A stretch of DNA of 64,000 nucleotides. Source: Podarcis tiliguerta. Lineage: Eukaryota. Positions 13,821 through 50,409 of the stretch are shown here, piece by piece. The first letter of the stretch is position 1. Each line of letters starts with the position of its first letter. The notes beneath the pieces are model-generated. The model saw only the letters and a program-made list of their open reading frames with translations, was not told the DNA's origin and ran no database searches. The stretch is from NCBI GenBank assembly GCA_965153285.1, contig OZ229112.1, one strand, 5' to 3'. A program made the position numbers and the translations under genes.

Positions 13821-13985
13821 TGCATATACACCATACTTTTAAAATATGTGACACTCCCCCAAAGAATTCTGGGAACTGTAGTTGACCTCTCACAGAACTA
13901 CAATTTCCAGAACCCTCCATGAACTATAGTTCCCAGATTTCTTTGGGGAAAAACATGTGCTTTCAGTGTATGGTGTGTACACTGC
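13821..13985. mobile_element. Palindromic MITE, possibly PIF/Harbinger; relatives at about 21290-21452 and 27583-27706
   Basis: tacaccata...tatggtgtgta termini with internal ccccaaagaat.ctgggaactgtagt / actatagttcccag..tctttgggg inverted repeats. Confidence 0.65.
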
Positions 13986-16900
13986 GGCTCATGAACAATG
14001 TTCAGAGGTGACATAAGGGTCTTCATAGAATTGTGGGGTTGGAAGGGATCCTGATGATCATCTAGTCCAACCCCTGCAATGCAGGGATTTGCACCTGTCC
14101 CTTAAAGGGATTGAACCTGCAACCTTGGTGTTTGTGAACTTGTTACTCATCTGTTCTGGAGGATCCAGAGGCTTCCCTCCAGAAGGCGCATCTGTAGTGA
14201 ATATGCAGTGTCCACAGATAAGTCCCAGACAAAAACAAAAGCATATTTATCATAGGCCCATACTTCCTGATTCCTTAAATTGTCCCCCTCCTAACATGAT
14301 GTGTGTCCCACTCCCACTGAAATACAAGGACGGCCATCCCTGCCATATATCTTTTTTAGAAGCTTTCAGTGCTCACCACATTCCAAACATGCAAGAGACA
14401 AAACCTCATCAAAATGAGAAGTGTGTGTTGACAAGCGTGATGAGCATCAGCCCTGGCTGTGGAAACACGTCTTAAGAGAATTGCTCATTTCGTGGAACCA
14501 GGCAGCCTTGTGGTGGGTGTACTGATTAATTTAATTCTAATTAATTCTGTAATCTCAAGCTGTTTCGGAAATCTGTGCATAGCTGTCAAGGTGGAAGCAT
14601 GGAAGGTGACACAGAGACAAACCAGGGACTGAGTTCATGGGGCTTCTGTATATTTATGTCACTTGGAGAGGACATCAAGAGCAGCACCATCCAGCCTGCA
14701 GGACTCTGATAGCGTTTTCTGCCATTCCCATACTCGTTGGACACACTGAATGTGCATAGCCCTGGGCAAGCCATATTGGGAATGCAACTGTATTTGAGTT
14801 AATGCCTCCCAAGACTTAATAATCAGTGATCAGACTCTTTCCTGGACCTAAATGGCTAGGGCTAGCTGGCCGCAGGCGAGATTACAGGAGGAAAGCAGAA
14901 GCGGAAGAGCACACAAACACAAAACAGTTATAAGAACAGGGGATTGTAGTGCAGAAAGATCATTACAGCATCTGCCCTGAACTGATTGAAATGCTCCACC
15001 TACCCTATTGGCTAGGTGGCAAGGATTCACACATACACTCTTGCCTGTGGCGCAGGTCTCATTTTTGGTCCCCTGTCACTTGAAGATTGGCAGTATCTTT
15101 TGGTCTTCATTTGGTCTTCCTGGAGCAGTCACAGCTAAGAGCTGAGGAATGGCCGTATTTCTTCCTTGATGGCCCATCTCCAGTCTTCTGTCACATTGAA
15201 TGTTTCAGCCTATGACCCCTGGGCGTTCTCCCAGCTAGCTGGCTGCATTGCGATTACCTGGACAACGCCAGCTGTCTATCAAGACCCACCTGGGTCAGAA
15301 ATTCTTAAAAGGGAACTGTTACCATCCCATGTCCCCCACCTCACTGGACTGTCAAGGCTTCTACTTTACACTTCAGGAGACCCAAAGCTGATTGCAAGCA
15401 GCTGCAGGAGGAAAGATAGGCTCGGACTAAACTGTTTTAATTTTTTTGAAACAACCTTCTGCCCCTTCCATTCAGCCTGTTATTTCAGTTTAACTCTAAA
15501 TAAACTTCACAATTTTGGAGTTTCGTGTGCATTTCTACCAGATCCAAAGGGAATTTGAATGTGCAGACCATTTTGGTGTTACACTACATGTGGGTATAAT
15601 TGTTCTTGTTTTTATTTTGATTACATATTCTGTATTTTGATTACGTATTGTTTTTATATTGTGATTTTATCCTGTGAACTGTCCTGAGACCTGCAGGTAT
15701 AGGGCAGTATACAAATTTTAATAATAATAATATATATTTTTTAAAAAAGTACCACCACAAAATAGTTTCTCAGCCCTTTTTTTTTTAAGGGGGGTACTCT
15801 GAGCATGTGTAATTTCACGTTTTAAGTTCACTTAAATCGTAGCATCATCATGACTCCAGAAATAAACAAAAATAAAGTTTGTTCCAGCTGGGTTGGGCCC
15901 AATTTTAATAGTAGATCCACTAAAAATGATAAGACATGACTAACTTAGGACCATTAATTTTGACAGGTTTGGACTCTTGAGTACAACTCTTAGGAATAAG
16001 CACCATTTTATATTAGAAAAAGGCAATATGTATTTAAAGTAAAAAAATAAAAAATAAACCTCTATAACAATGTGCATGCCTGACCAGCTGATCCCTGAAT
16101 AGAATTGAAGAAAGGATTCTACAGTGACCAGTGTCAGTCCTAGTAAGCCTCAGACAGTCCCAAATGCTGGTGTCAGACCTGTGTCCTGCTGCCCTCATAA
16201 ACTACTGTTCTCTGGGTGGTCATTTGGAGGGCCTCCAGACTCTAAGGCCCAGGGCTTTGAGCCAAGGTTCCAACTCTATCAACACCACTGCAAAGACCAG
16301 GCGGAATATTGGCTTTGTAAAAAAAAAACATATAAAGGTCAATAAAAACCATCCCATCACATCACACATCCTTCTGCTCACCCCTCTTCTCACTCGGATT
16401 TATTTATACAGCTTCTACTACCTGTATTAAGACACCAGCCATTGGAAGGCTGTTGCCAATGCACAAAGGATATTTAGTCATTTTTCATGTTGCATATATA
16501 TACATTTTTAAATACAGGATTTGCAGTCCTTGCACACCACAAAATTGCAAGCTATTATTCAAGAATCAAGACAGAAAGAGGCAAGTATTCCCCAGCACCA
16601 AAACAGCAACAATCACCTCTATACCTCCACCACCTATTTATTTACTAGTATGTCATGGAATGAACAGTAACTTGAATAACTTTGAAAAACACATTTCAAC
16701 AACAGGAGCCATGTTATCCCCAGGCAAAGGGCAAAGGTTCCACTTTGGGGCTGACCTGGAAAGAATTGGGCTAGATGAACATAGTGTTTGCTGACTCCTA
16801 AAGAGGCAGTGACAGAAACAACCAAATTAGACCATTAATCATTTCTACAGCTGTAGAAGCAGTCCCTTTTAGAATTGTTGCAACACAGGAAGGAGTACAA

Positions 16901-17035
16901 GAGAGTCCTGCTCTTCTCATTCCCACCCCATCCCAAGATAGGACACAATGGCTGCAATCTTATACACACATGAGTAAGTCCCACTGAACCTGGGGTTTAC
17001 TTTTCAACATACATGTATAGGATTACACAGTAAAT

Positions 17036-17060
17036 TGTGTGTGTGTGTGTGTGTGTGTGT
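17036..17060. repeat. (GT)n microsatellite
   Basis: Directly visible. Confidence 0.95.
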
Positions 17061-17779
17061 TTTACAAGGGATGGTAGGGGAGTTCTCCGTCACCCTTGAA
17101 TCAATATGTACTTTTCTAAGGCAGAAATTTTGTTCTGCAGGATTGATGGATATTTCGTCCTATCGAAAGCCATGACAGATGGGCTGCATTCAAACCTCTA
17201 TGCATTTTTAAATTGCATTTACACTCAGCTAAACAAACAAGAATAGTGTCTGAAGCAAAACTGTATTTCTTTTTATGCCCCTCTCTGCATACGATGCTTC
17301 AAAAACACCACTGGGAGCCTCAGCTGGGTTTTAGCTTTGAGCCTGCTGCGTTCCCCCAAAATGCATTTTCTTTTAGCCCAGCTTTTGCTAGATTGAGAAA
17401 ATGCTACAGATTTTCCCATTATTTATTAACCAAAAACAAATCAGAAATGGGAAACCCTGGATCTGCTCCATGTAGTGAGTTCTCTACCACTATTCTGCAA
17501 TCTTTCAGCCCCATCTTATGCATGTTGCCAGAAGTCTTCCTGAATTTAATGGGAGTTACTCCCAGGGACGCCTGCACAGGACCACAGCCTCCAGCTGCTT
17601 TCAGACTGTAGAAACATCATACTTCAAATCATGAACTTGGTTCAGACAGTCCTTAATCCCAGGCAAGATTGCAAAGGTTCATGGAAGCAAAAATAACATG
17701 AAATGGCACACATAATGCAAGAAGGATACTGTGGCACCTAGCATTCATGTAGCAAGCATATTTCAAGTACACAGAGTGC

Positions 17780-17975
17780 ATCATCCTAGCAGCCCTTACA
17801 ACAGCCCTATAAGTCTTATAGTATAAGGTAATATTATGATTTCCATGCTGCTTATAGGGAGATGAGGCCAAGAGAACAGCTGGCAGATCTAGGCCTACCT
17901 AGCAAATTCAAGGTTAAAGTGAGCTTTGAAGCAAAGACTACTTGGTTCACTGCTCATACCCTGAGCCACTACACT
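17780..17975 (-). mobile_element. MIR/CORE-like SINE; similar old copies at about 2250-2410, 3470-3590, 24000-24185
   Basis: cttacaacagccctata...gatgaggcca core and reverse tRNA-like head. Confidence 0.55.
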
Positions 17976-20900
17976 TGTCACCACCACCATAGACCACTAT
18001 TGTCTGGCAACCCAAATTGAGGGGTTTTGGTTCAAGGACCTCTAGGTGCTGCTGACTTGAATAAAATTGGACTTAGTCGTTCATTTCTTTAGAGGTTTCT
18101 ATACCGTTCTTCACAAAAAATGGTAATGGGGTGGTTTACCAAAAAAAGATAGATAATAAAACATACCGTAATACCTACTAAACAAAACAATTCTCATAAA
18201 CTACACAAATAGCACAATTTAAAAGCAGTACAAATAACTTAACCCAACTGCCACCAAAAGCCAGCAGGAAAAGGTGGGTTTATTATACCAGGTGTCTGAA
18301 AAAATGCAAAGTTGGTGGGGAGGTCATTCCACAGACATGGAGCCAACACAAAAAAGGTTAGCCTCTAGTGAGCACATTTAACATGGGAATAACCAGGAGA
18401 GCTTCTTCCTCAAATCTTAATAAATTGGCAGGTTGGTAAGGGAAAATACATATGGGTTCAAAGCTCCACACATAGGAGGGTGTTCACATGAGCACTCTCT
18501 CACAATCAATGTTTACTTGAGCTCCTTTCTCACTAATGCTGAACAGAAGGTGGAAATCCCCCATGCATTCACTGAACATCTGGTGGGATTCAGTATGAAC
18601 ACTCCTTGTCCAACCCCTTAAATCTGGCCTCTGCCATGAATTTACTGGTGGCTTTAGGAAAGCCACTCTTCCTCAGGCTCATCCCAAAAAAATGAAGATA
18701 ACGATACCCACCTAACAGGGTTGTTATAAGGATGGCGATGATAGAATAGCCAGAACCGGCCCAATATTTTTTTTCTCCCCAGCCCCTACGATTGCACCTC
18801 CAGCCACCTAGGCAAGTCTATGTGGGAACAAAGTTTCAAACATCATTCAATGCAGGTTTTTAAAGCTCTAATTAGAGCGTCCAACCGAGCAAAATGAAAA
18901 AATAAAAATACTCCTTTCTCGCAAAAGGCAGAATTGCTGTGGAAAAGGAAGAGCCCCAGCAGTGCAGCCTGATGGTAAATGGAGCTCCTTGCTCTCAGTT
19001 CTAGAATATTCTTGAAACAAGAGTACTGTAATAATTAAAAACACTCACATATTTATTTCAAGTATTCTCCTCTCTTCTTATGGATTTGAGTGACCCCCTA
19101 GATAATAACAACAAGAATGTAAGGGGGACTCACCCTTTGAAATAACTTGATAAGCCAGGCCTGTCCTGAATCCCTTTCCTGCAGCTCTTAGTCAAAATGG
19201 CTTCCAAAGGCCACCATTCCTCCCCACCCATCTGCACACAAGAGCTTGAAAGCATTGAACCTCCTTAAAGTAACAGGTCTAATTAAGCCATAGGGGTTAC
19301 ATAGGTACAGGTTTTGCTTAAAGCAGAACAGCAAGCCCTAAATGACAAGCCTAGAAGAGAAAGCGAGCTGCATTTAAACCTGAATTTGTTTCCCCCCAAA
19401 TCCAAACAGAATTAAAAGGGTGGGTTGATATTACGTTTATGGCCAGGGTGGAATTTGTGAGGGCTGGGGGAAATTTCCCCATATTTTATATGTTTTAAAA
19501 ATGTCCTGCTTTGGTAGGAGAGAATACATTTGGTGCTGTGGCTCGTTGTTACTTGTTCAGTGCAGAGATCTATAGAGGGGAGCAGAAACAGAACAAAAAG
19601 AGAGACTAAGGTTCAAATAAGATGTGACATTAAATGCATTGTTCCATTTCACATGCAGGTTTTTAAAAATGCAAACAGCTGCAGTAGCGGTGGTAGGAAT
19701 CATAATGATTGGGACTGCAGCAGGCATAGAGTTTTCCTGCTAGCCTTTGAGGAAAATTCCTCTTCTGAAGGCAGTGTTGGCTTTAGGGAGTACCCCCCCC
19801 CATCAATAGGGAATTCCCTCTTGTTGCAAATACTACACCTTTAGGAGAGGGCTTTTCCTCAGGACCACAGCAGAGGAGAAAGAGGTTAACTTCCTACTTC
19901 TTGCCTGCTGCAATGCTAAACATCTTCAGTTTCCTCTGATACGGTTTTGCATTTTTGAAGTGCAAAGATGAACTCCTGAGTCCTGCCTAGTTTGGCCCTA
20001 GGGGAAGAAAAGGAGAGTAAAGGGGAGGCAAAGGGACCCTGTAAGGTGGAGAAACGGAGAAGAGGCAGGTGGGGTAGAGAGATCTGTGATGCTGTAGAGA
20101 TGAGAAAAGAGTACTATGGATGAGCAGAGAAATGGAGTCAGAAATACAGAGAAAGGAAAAAGAATTTTTTTTAAAAGGAGGTGTAGAGAGACCTATGAAC
20201 TGGGGAAAGAGTAAAAGGGAGTAACAGATGAAGAGCACACAGAACTGTGGCTACAGAGAGGGAGAAAATAAAGGAATGGAGGCTGACAGAAATGTTGGCG
20301 CAGAGAAAAATACAGTTAACAGAAAATGGACTAAAAAAAATCTAAGCACTTAGTTGAAAATGTGACACTGTCCCAGTAGTGATACAGCACTGTGGCCCTT
20401 TTGAATTAATAAAGAGCTAAAAGTGGCCCTCAAAGTGATTTGTGCATCCTTCTTTTAAGTGTTGTTTAATAAGAGCTACATTTCAGTATCATCCCTCCTT
20501 GTTAAATTTCAAGCCACTTATCAATTCACTTTGCCTAAACACCTCTTCATTTTCTGTACCCTAAGCAGTATTGTTGCCTTCATCTTCCTTTCAGGTTGCT
20601 TTGCCACCCTCCGCTATAACGCAGATGACTATGTTCCGCCCAAGAACACAAAATGGTTGTACAGTATTTCAGTAGCAGCTTGTGTTGTTTTGGATAGATT
20701 TCACAGCCTTACCCAAAGGTGCCTCCTTGTCTAGATTAATTATAAGACTCATAATTTTGGGTGTTTTGTAGCTGCCTGAAATTATGAGAAATATGCTATA
20801 AGTTGGTGGGGAGTTTGGTTTTCTTGTAAAAAAATACTCCGTTTAGAACTCTGCTTTCCTTGTACTTGGGGTGGGAAAGATGCCTGCTGTGCATACTAAA

Positions 20901-22476
20901 GGCTCAGGAGCAAAAAAAGATGATGATGAAGAAGCTGCTAAAATCAGAGTTTTAATGCAGTCTTGTGAGCTTGTGCTTTTAGAACATCTGGAGTTTTAGT
21001 CATTAGCATTTTTTTATTATTTGCTCCATTCACCTTGCCGCAATTATTGTTAAGGAACCTAATATTATTGGTAGTTCAGCAACCACTTCAGTTATGGGTC
21101 TTGGTAAAAGTCGTATCCATCTTGATGAACAATAATTGAACACTACATGATGTCAACCGTCTCTCTCCATATCTATGCTACTATTCTCCAGCTACATGAT
21201 TAAAAATAATGGATTGATGAAGTTAGCTTAATTGGCTTCTAAACTTGCTGGAATCAGGGATTAAAGAGATCTGGCACCCACAAACTCCTAACACCATGAT
21301 TTTCCCCAAAGAATCCTGGGAACTGTAGTATGTTTAGGATACTGGGAATGGTAAATATGTGAGAAAACTACACTTCCCATATTTTTGGGGGAGAAGTCAT
21401 GTGCTTTAAACGTGTCTTGATTGCATTTTAAATATATGGTGTGGATCTGCCCCACTAGGGACCATAAAAGCACCCCTCAACACCTCACAATTCTTTTTAA
21501 AAGGATACGACACAACTGCATCCTCAAAATATTTTGCATTTTTCCGTTCTGACAACATTTTTAAAAAACGTGGATTCAGGACCTTATGGTGCAAAAATTA
21601 AGACTTGTTAAAATACAAATCTAATTCTTTAGAAATGCACCTTCCAAATCTCAGTCACCCTTCCAAATGTGACCCTCCCCCCACAAAAACAAACAAAAAG
21701 CAAGCTGTGGTGCAAAACTTTATATTCGAGACACAAACCCTCATGACGTGTATCATACTTGGGAAGCAGATTGTGGTAGTTTTAGCATGCAGATCCTTTC
21801 AATCACATCCCACTTCTGCAAAGTCCCTTTATTGATCATATTATAGGACATAAAACTGTGCTACCGAGTTAAAGATGAGCCCAACACCATATTTAGTAAC
21901 ACATTATAGAAGCTATTTTTTGTATGAAGGAGTGAGCCAGCTAAAAGATGAAAATCGTTCTCGTTTCATGAGATAAAACGAATAGCGGGGGATATAGGAA
22001 GATGTAGGTGATAACAGAATCGCCAGGCAGAAATAAGGTAACAATCCATGCCATGCCCTCCCTCCCCCAGTAGTGAATTCGTCTTATTCGGGGTATTTAA
22101 CTGCGGCAGAATCTATCAGTCGTCGAAACGCAACGCTGCGTAACATCTCCAAGCCCTACCCCTAACTTTTTACTCGGCGACTCTTGCGCCAGCCAGAAAC
22201 CTTGGACACAGAAAGCCTCTCCTTGAGCCACGTCTCCTGCTAAACCAGAATTGCTTTGCCCTTCTCAAACATGGCGGCGTGCACGTGCGCGATGGAAAGC
22301 GGGGAGAAAGGACCGGAATACCCGGGGCAAAGATGGCTGAGGAAGCTACTCGAATCCCCGCCCCCTTGCTTGAGTGAGGGCCTACGTGGCCATCCAGCGC
22401 CTGTCTCAGGAGGGAGGCGGAGGAGGAGGAAAGCTGTGCGCATGTGCGGCCCACCTGTGCAACGTGGAGGGAGAAA

Positions 22477-46710
<24,234 letters not shown>

Positions 46711-49700
46711 CAGATTCTGCCGAGATCCCCTCATGACGTGACTGTGATAACCTCTTCTTTCCCTCACCAGACTGTCTCGAGGGCGTGATCGGCTTTCCAA
46801 GCCAGTGCTCTCTAGACACCTCCAAATCATAATGGCCTCGGCAATCCCTGCTGTTGAAGTATGAGGAAAATTTTGGAGAAGAGGCTGAAGTATGGTTGGA
46901 GCCGTCCCGTTATTCTGTGGTGAATAATCAGTAATGCTGCCATTTCCTGTTCTTAAGAAGCCACCTGTGTGTAATCGGTCCCTCAGATTGTTTCAGTAGC
47001 TCAAGCATTTTGAAAATGAAACTTTTGCCACTGCAAAGCTTTTCTCCCAGTCCCCGCGTTCAATAGACACCAAGCCTCTGCCTCTCTTCCTATTTCCATG
47101 GTCCTCAACACCTTCCTTTCCCACTGAGCAGCATAGGTGGAGCATCTGGGAATAGTACAGGGCAGAAGAATTTCCTGGGGTTGGCAAAGGGCAAATAAAA
47201 CTAATTCCACAATTTGAATAAATACCATCCTCCCACTTGGAAGAGGATCTATCTTCTGCCTCTTTGCTGTGCCTAGGAAATAATTGCACCAAGAATGAAG
47301 CCTGTGTTGGTTTTTATGTTTATAATAATGGGACTCGTGAAATGGCCCATCTTCCACTGATCAAAATGAGCTTGATAATAAATCCTGATACTGTCTGTAT
47401 GTTGGGCGCACGTTGCCAGGCGGAGCTGAAAAGAGCTACAGTCTCATGGAAACCAACAGCGTATTGTCCATGGCTTATGTTAAGCTGTATTAATACTCAG
47501 AGTCTCTCTCTTACTATTTCTTTACAAAGTGTTCAAGCCAGAGCAGTTTTACCCTCCCTTCCTTAGGCCACTTTGTATACACAGCAGAGCTCTGGGAAAT
47601 TCATCTAAGCCAAGAACACAGCACATTTCTGAATTAGGAGGATTGTATTGGCAATGCACAGACAAAAAGGGAAGAGGAACAAACACAAATGGTACACAGC
47701 TTCACAGAACACATTGTGTAAACATTCCTTTCAGCAAGACATTTTTGACCACCTTCCCCCATGGGCTGGTATGAGAACAGGCAACAACAGCAGGTTGCAT
47801 TATCCAGGCCCAGTCTTTCTAATAGCCCTCCATGATCTGAACTTATCAAGAGACCATTCCCCAATACTGGAATTAAGCTGTTATAATGTTCATTAGTGTC
47901 AGGCATGCAGCCTTTAACAGATCTTGAAATGACTTGGGAGTGCTGGGCTCCCCAGCTAGTGTACTTCGCAATGGAAGAATCCTGACCCCACAAGATCTTT
48001 TATTAACACCATTTACTAGCCCTACGATAACAGAAATTAGCTGTAACGCAGGTGAATTAAGTGAGGATAGACATTTCTGAAATCATTCTACCCCAGTATT
48101 CATACTTTCCCTACCAATTGCCCTCAAATAATATAGACTAGCATCAGAGGAAGCCAGGTCTTATAATAAAATCTTTCTGAAATATTCTATGCCAGCAGGC
48201 AAGGAGGTTCTGAGCTAGAATACCCACTGTTAATTACATGTCTCATTAGTCTCGTCTGCTGTGTCATATTAGGCGCAGGGGAGAAGGCAGCTCAAAACAC
48301 ACCATGCTGTTCTACAAAACAAGTACTTTCAGAAACCAACGCCATGAAGTTCAAATTAGAGGAGTCAGAGGTTATTTATTCACCTTTGTCCCTTCCCACT
48401 TGAAACAAAATGGGTCAAGCACTGCCCTACGCTCTACCCAGAGGATGATCCCGTATCAGGAAGGCAGTTTTGATTTGAAATTTGCCCTTTTCCTGCCACA
48501 ATTGCCCTGAAAAAGCAGAACCTTGGTTTGGCACCACCCCTTGGCACCAGCTGATGTCCCTCCAGTATATGAAGTGGCCTCCTCCTCATGCCTGATCAAC
48601 AGAGACTTCAACCGCTGTGCAAAGAGGACAGCTTGCAACTCCTGTTGCCGTATTCCAGTAAAGGAACCTCGAAACAAGTTCCAGTGGTGCAAAGTCTTGA
48701 TCAAGCTAGGCAACTGCTTAAGCTACTGCTATAAATAAAGTATGAATGTATGTGAACCTTGTGACTGAAGAAAAGCAGGCTTGAAGGCCATGCCTAATAA
48801 AAGCACAAAAACGGTCACAAGATTTAGGTTCTGCTTATAAGGAGGTTTATAAAGGGTTGTGTGGAGTGGTGGTGCCTTGCCTAGTACCTCCCCACAGCGG
48901 ACTTGGGTGTCCCTTGTTAATGTCCTGTTCTGGGGGCTTTGCTATCAGGGCAGAGACTTGGATGATGCCTTCAATTGCAGGAAGCTTCGCAGATTTCTTA
49001 AGGCACAATCTAGGCCACCCCTTAAGTCGACGCTGTCCCTTCTTGCCAACATGTGCAAATACTTCCGTGCCTTCACTGCCTCCATAGTCTTTTGCAGTGT
49101 ATTAATGACTGGCTCCCATTAGAAAACGCAGCAAAGGTTTTCCTTCCATCTCAAGCAAAGTCGCAACACGGGGAAGCACCATCGTGCCCTTTCAAGCTGG
49201 TCTTTTGTTCTCAGCTCACAAGAGCTTAAGTGCCAAAATACAGGCCAGAAAAGCAAAGGTTACTTTTCATTGTCATTGCAGGAAAGGAAAAGAAAGAAGA
49301 TCCTCTGTGCCTTCATTACAGACGGAATTTTTGATCTAAAAGTAAAAATGATTTCTGGTGCTTATTTTAATAATTAAAAAGGCCAAGGGAAAGTGACCTA
49401 TTTAGAAGAGGGCTGGCTGTTACCCTATCAAGTCCAGATGGTTCAACCAAACCACATGCTTCTTGGAGGCCACCAATTCTCTAAATTCCAAATCTTCCCA
49501 ACTCGCTGAACTCAGTGAAAAACACTAGGCATGCCTCAAGGATTTCAAAATGGAACTGCTTGGGGTGACCCATTTGCATTACTGAAAGTGGAGAGTGGGA
49601 AAACACAACAAACTTACTTTGCATAGAAGCATGAAATCCAGCTTTCAACATAGTCACAAGTCACTGTCGGCAGTAACTACCCCTGAACCATTACAATCAA

Positions 49701-50207
49701 TACCTCCCATTTGCCCAGTTTTCGCCCCTTGAGCATCCAGAACTCCCTAGGCATGAGCCACAAGCCCAAGGAAGTAAGTGCTGCAAGAGCCAAACTTCCC
49801 AGTGAATTCACACCAGGCTCCTAAAGCAGAGAGGCACCATAAGGACAAATTGAGGCCTTTGAAAACCCGCTCTTCCCTCCAGCTACATTGTCTCCCACTC
49901 TTACAAGCACGACCGAGGAGCTCTGCCATCTGCTACGTGGAGGCCAGGTGGTCGTCGCACAGGTGGGGAAAGCCCTAGAAAGAGATGGTGGGGATCAATC
50001 CGGAAGAATGTCCTCTGCTCCAGGAATCTTACCTCTGTGGTACTTGCGGGATAAACGGCCCGGAGCAGATATTTATGTACAGAGTTAGTTTGCAGTCGGA
50101 AGCCATTTCCCATTTGTTTTGCACTGATTCCCCTACCACCCGACCAGGCTTCCTTGACCATAGTTTTCCTCCATGGCTCACTGCAAGCAGCTGGAAGAAA
50201 CTTGATT

Positions 50208-50409
50208 CTAATCAGCTGCTGAAGATTCCAACCCAGGCTCATTTCCTGTCCCCCAGGATCGCGTGAGGAGCTGGTCGTAGGGCGAGTGGAGTCTGATGAA
50301 GGATAAGACAGCGTCTTTGGATAGCTTCTCCGAACTGTCCCTTTTTTGAGAGTCGTGCACTCTGACACCTTCACCCCACTCCCAGAAGAGGCGACTGAAG
50401 TAGCAAATT
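50208..50409 (-). CDS. CMTR1: CMTR1 last coding exon ([23 protein letters not shown]...[10 protein letters not shown] + 23-aa tail, TAG)
   Basis: Acceptor ttctttgtccacag|A; same frame as supplied ORF 50208..50474. Confidence 0.9.

Noticed and set aside
1-22000. Protein-coding gene upstream of CCDC167, for example the MDGA1 3' end
   Set aside because: No recognisable peptide or consistent exon chain found; the ORFs are short, often start at non-ATG codons, and are low-information
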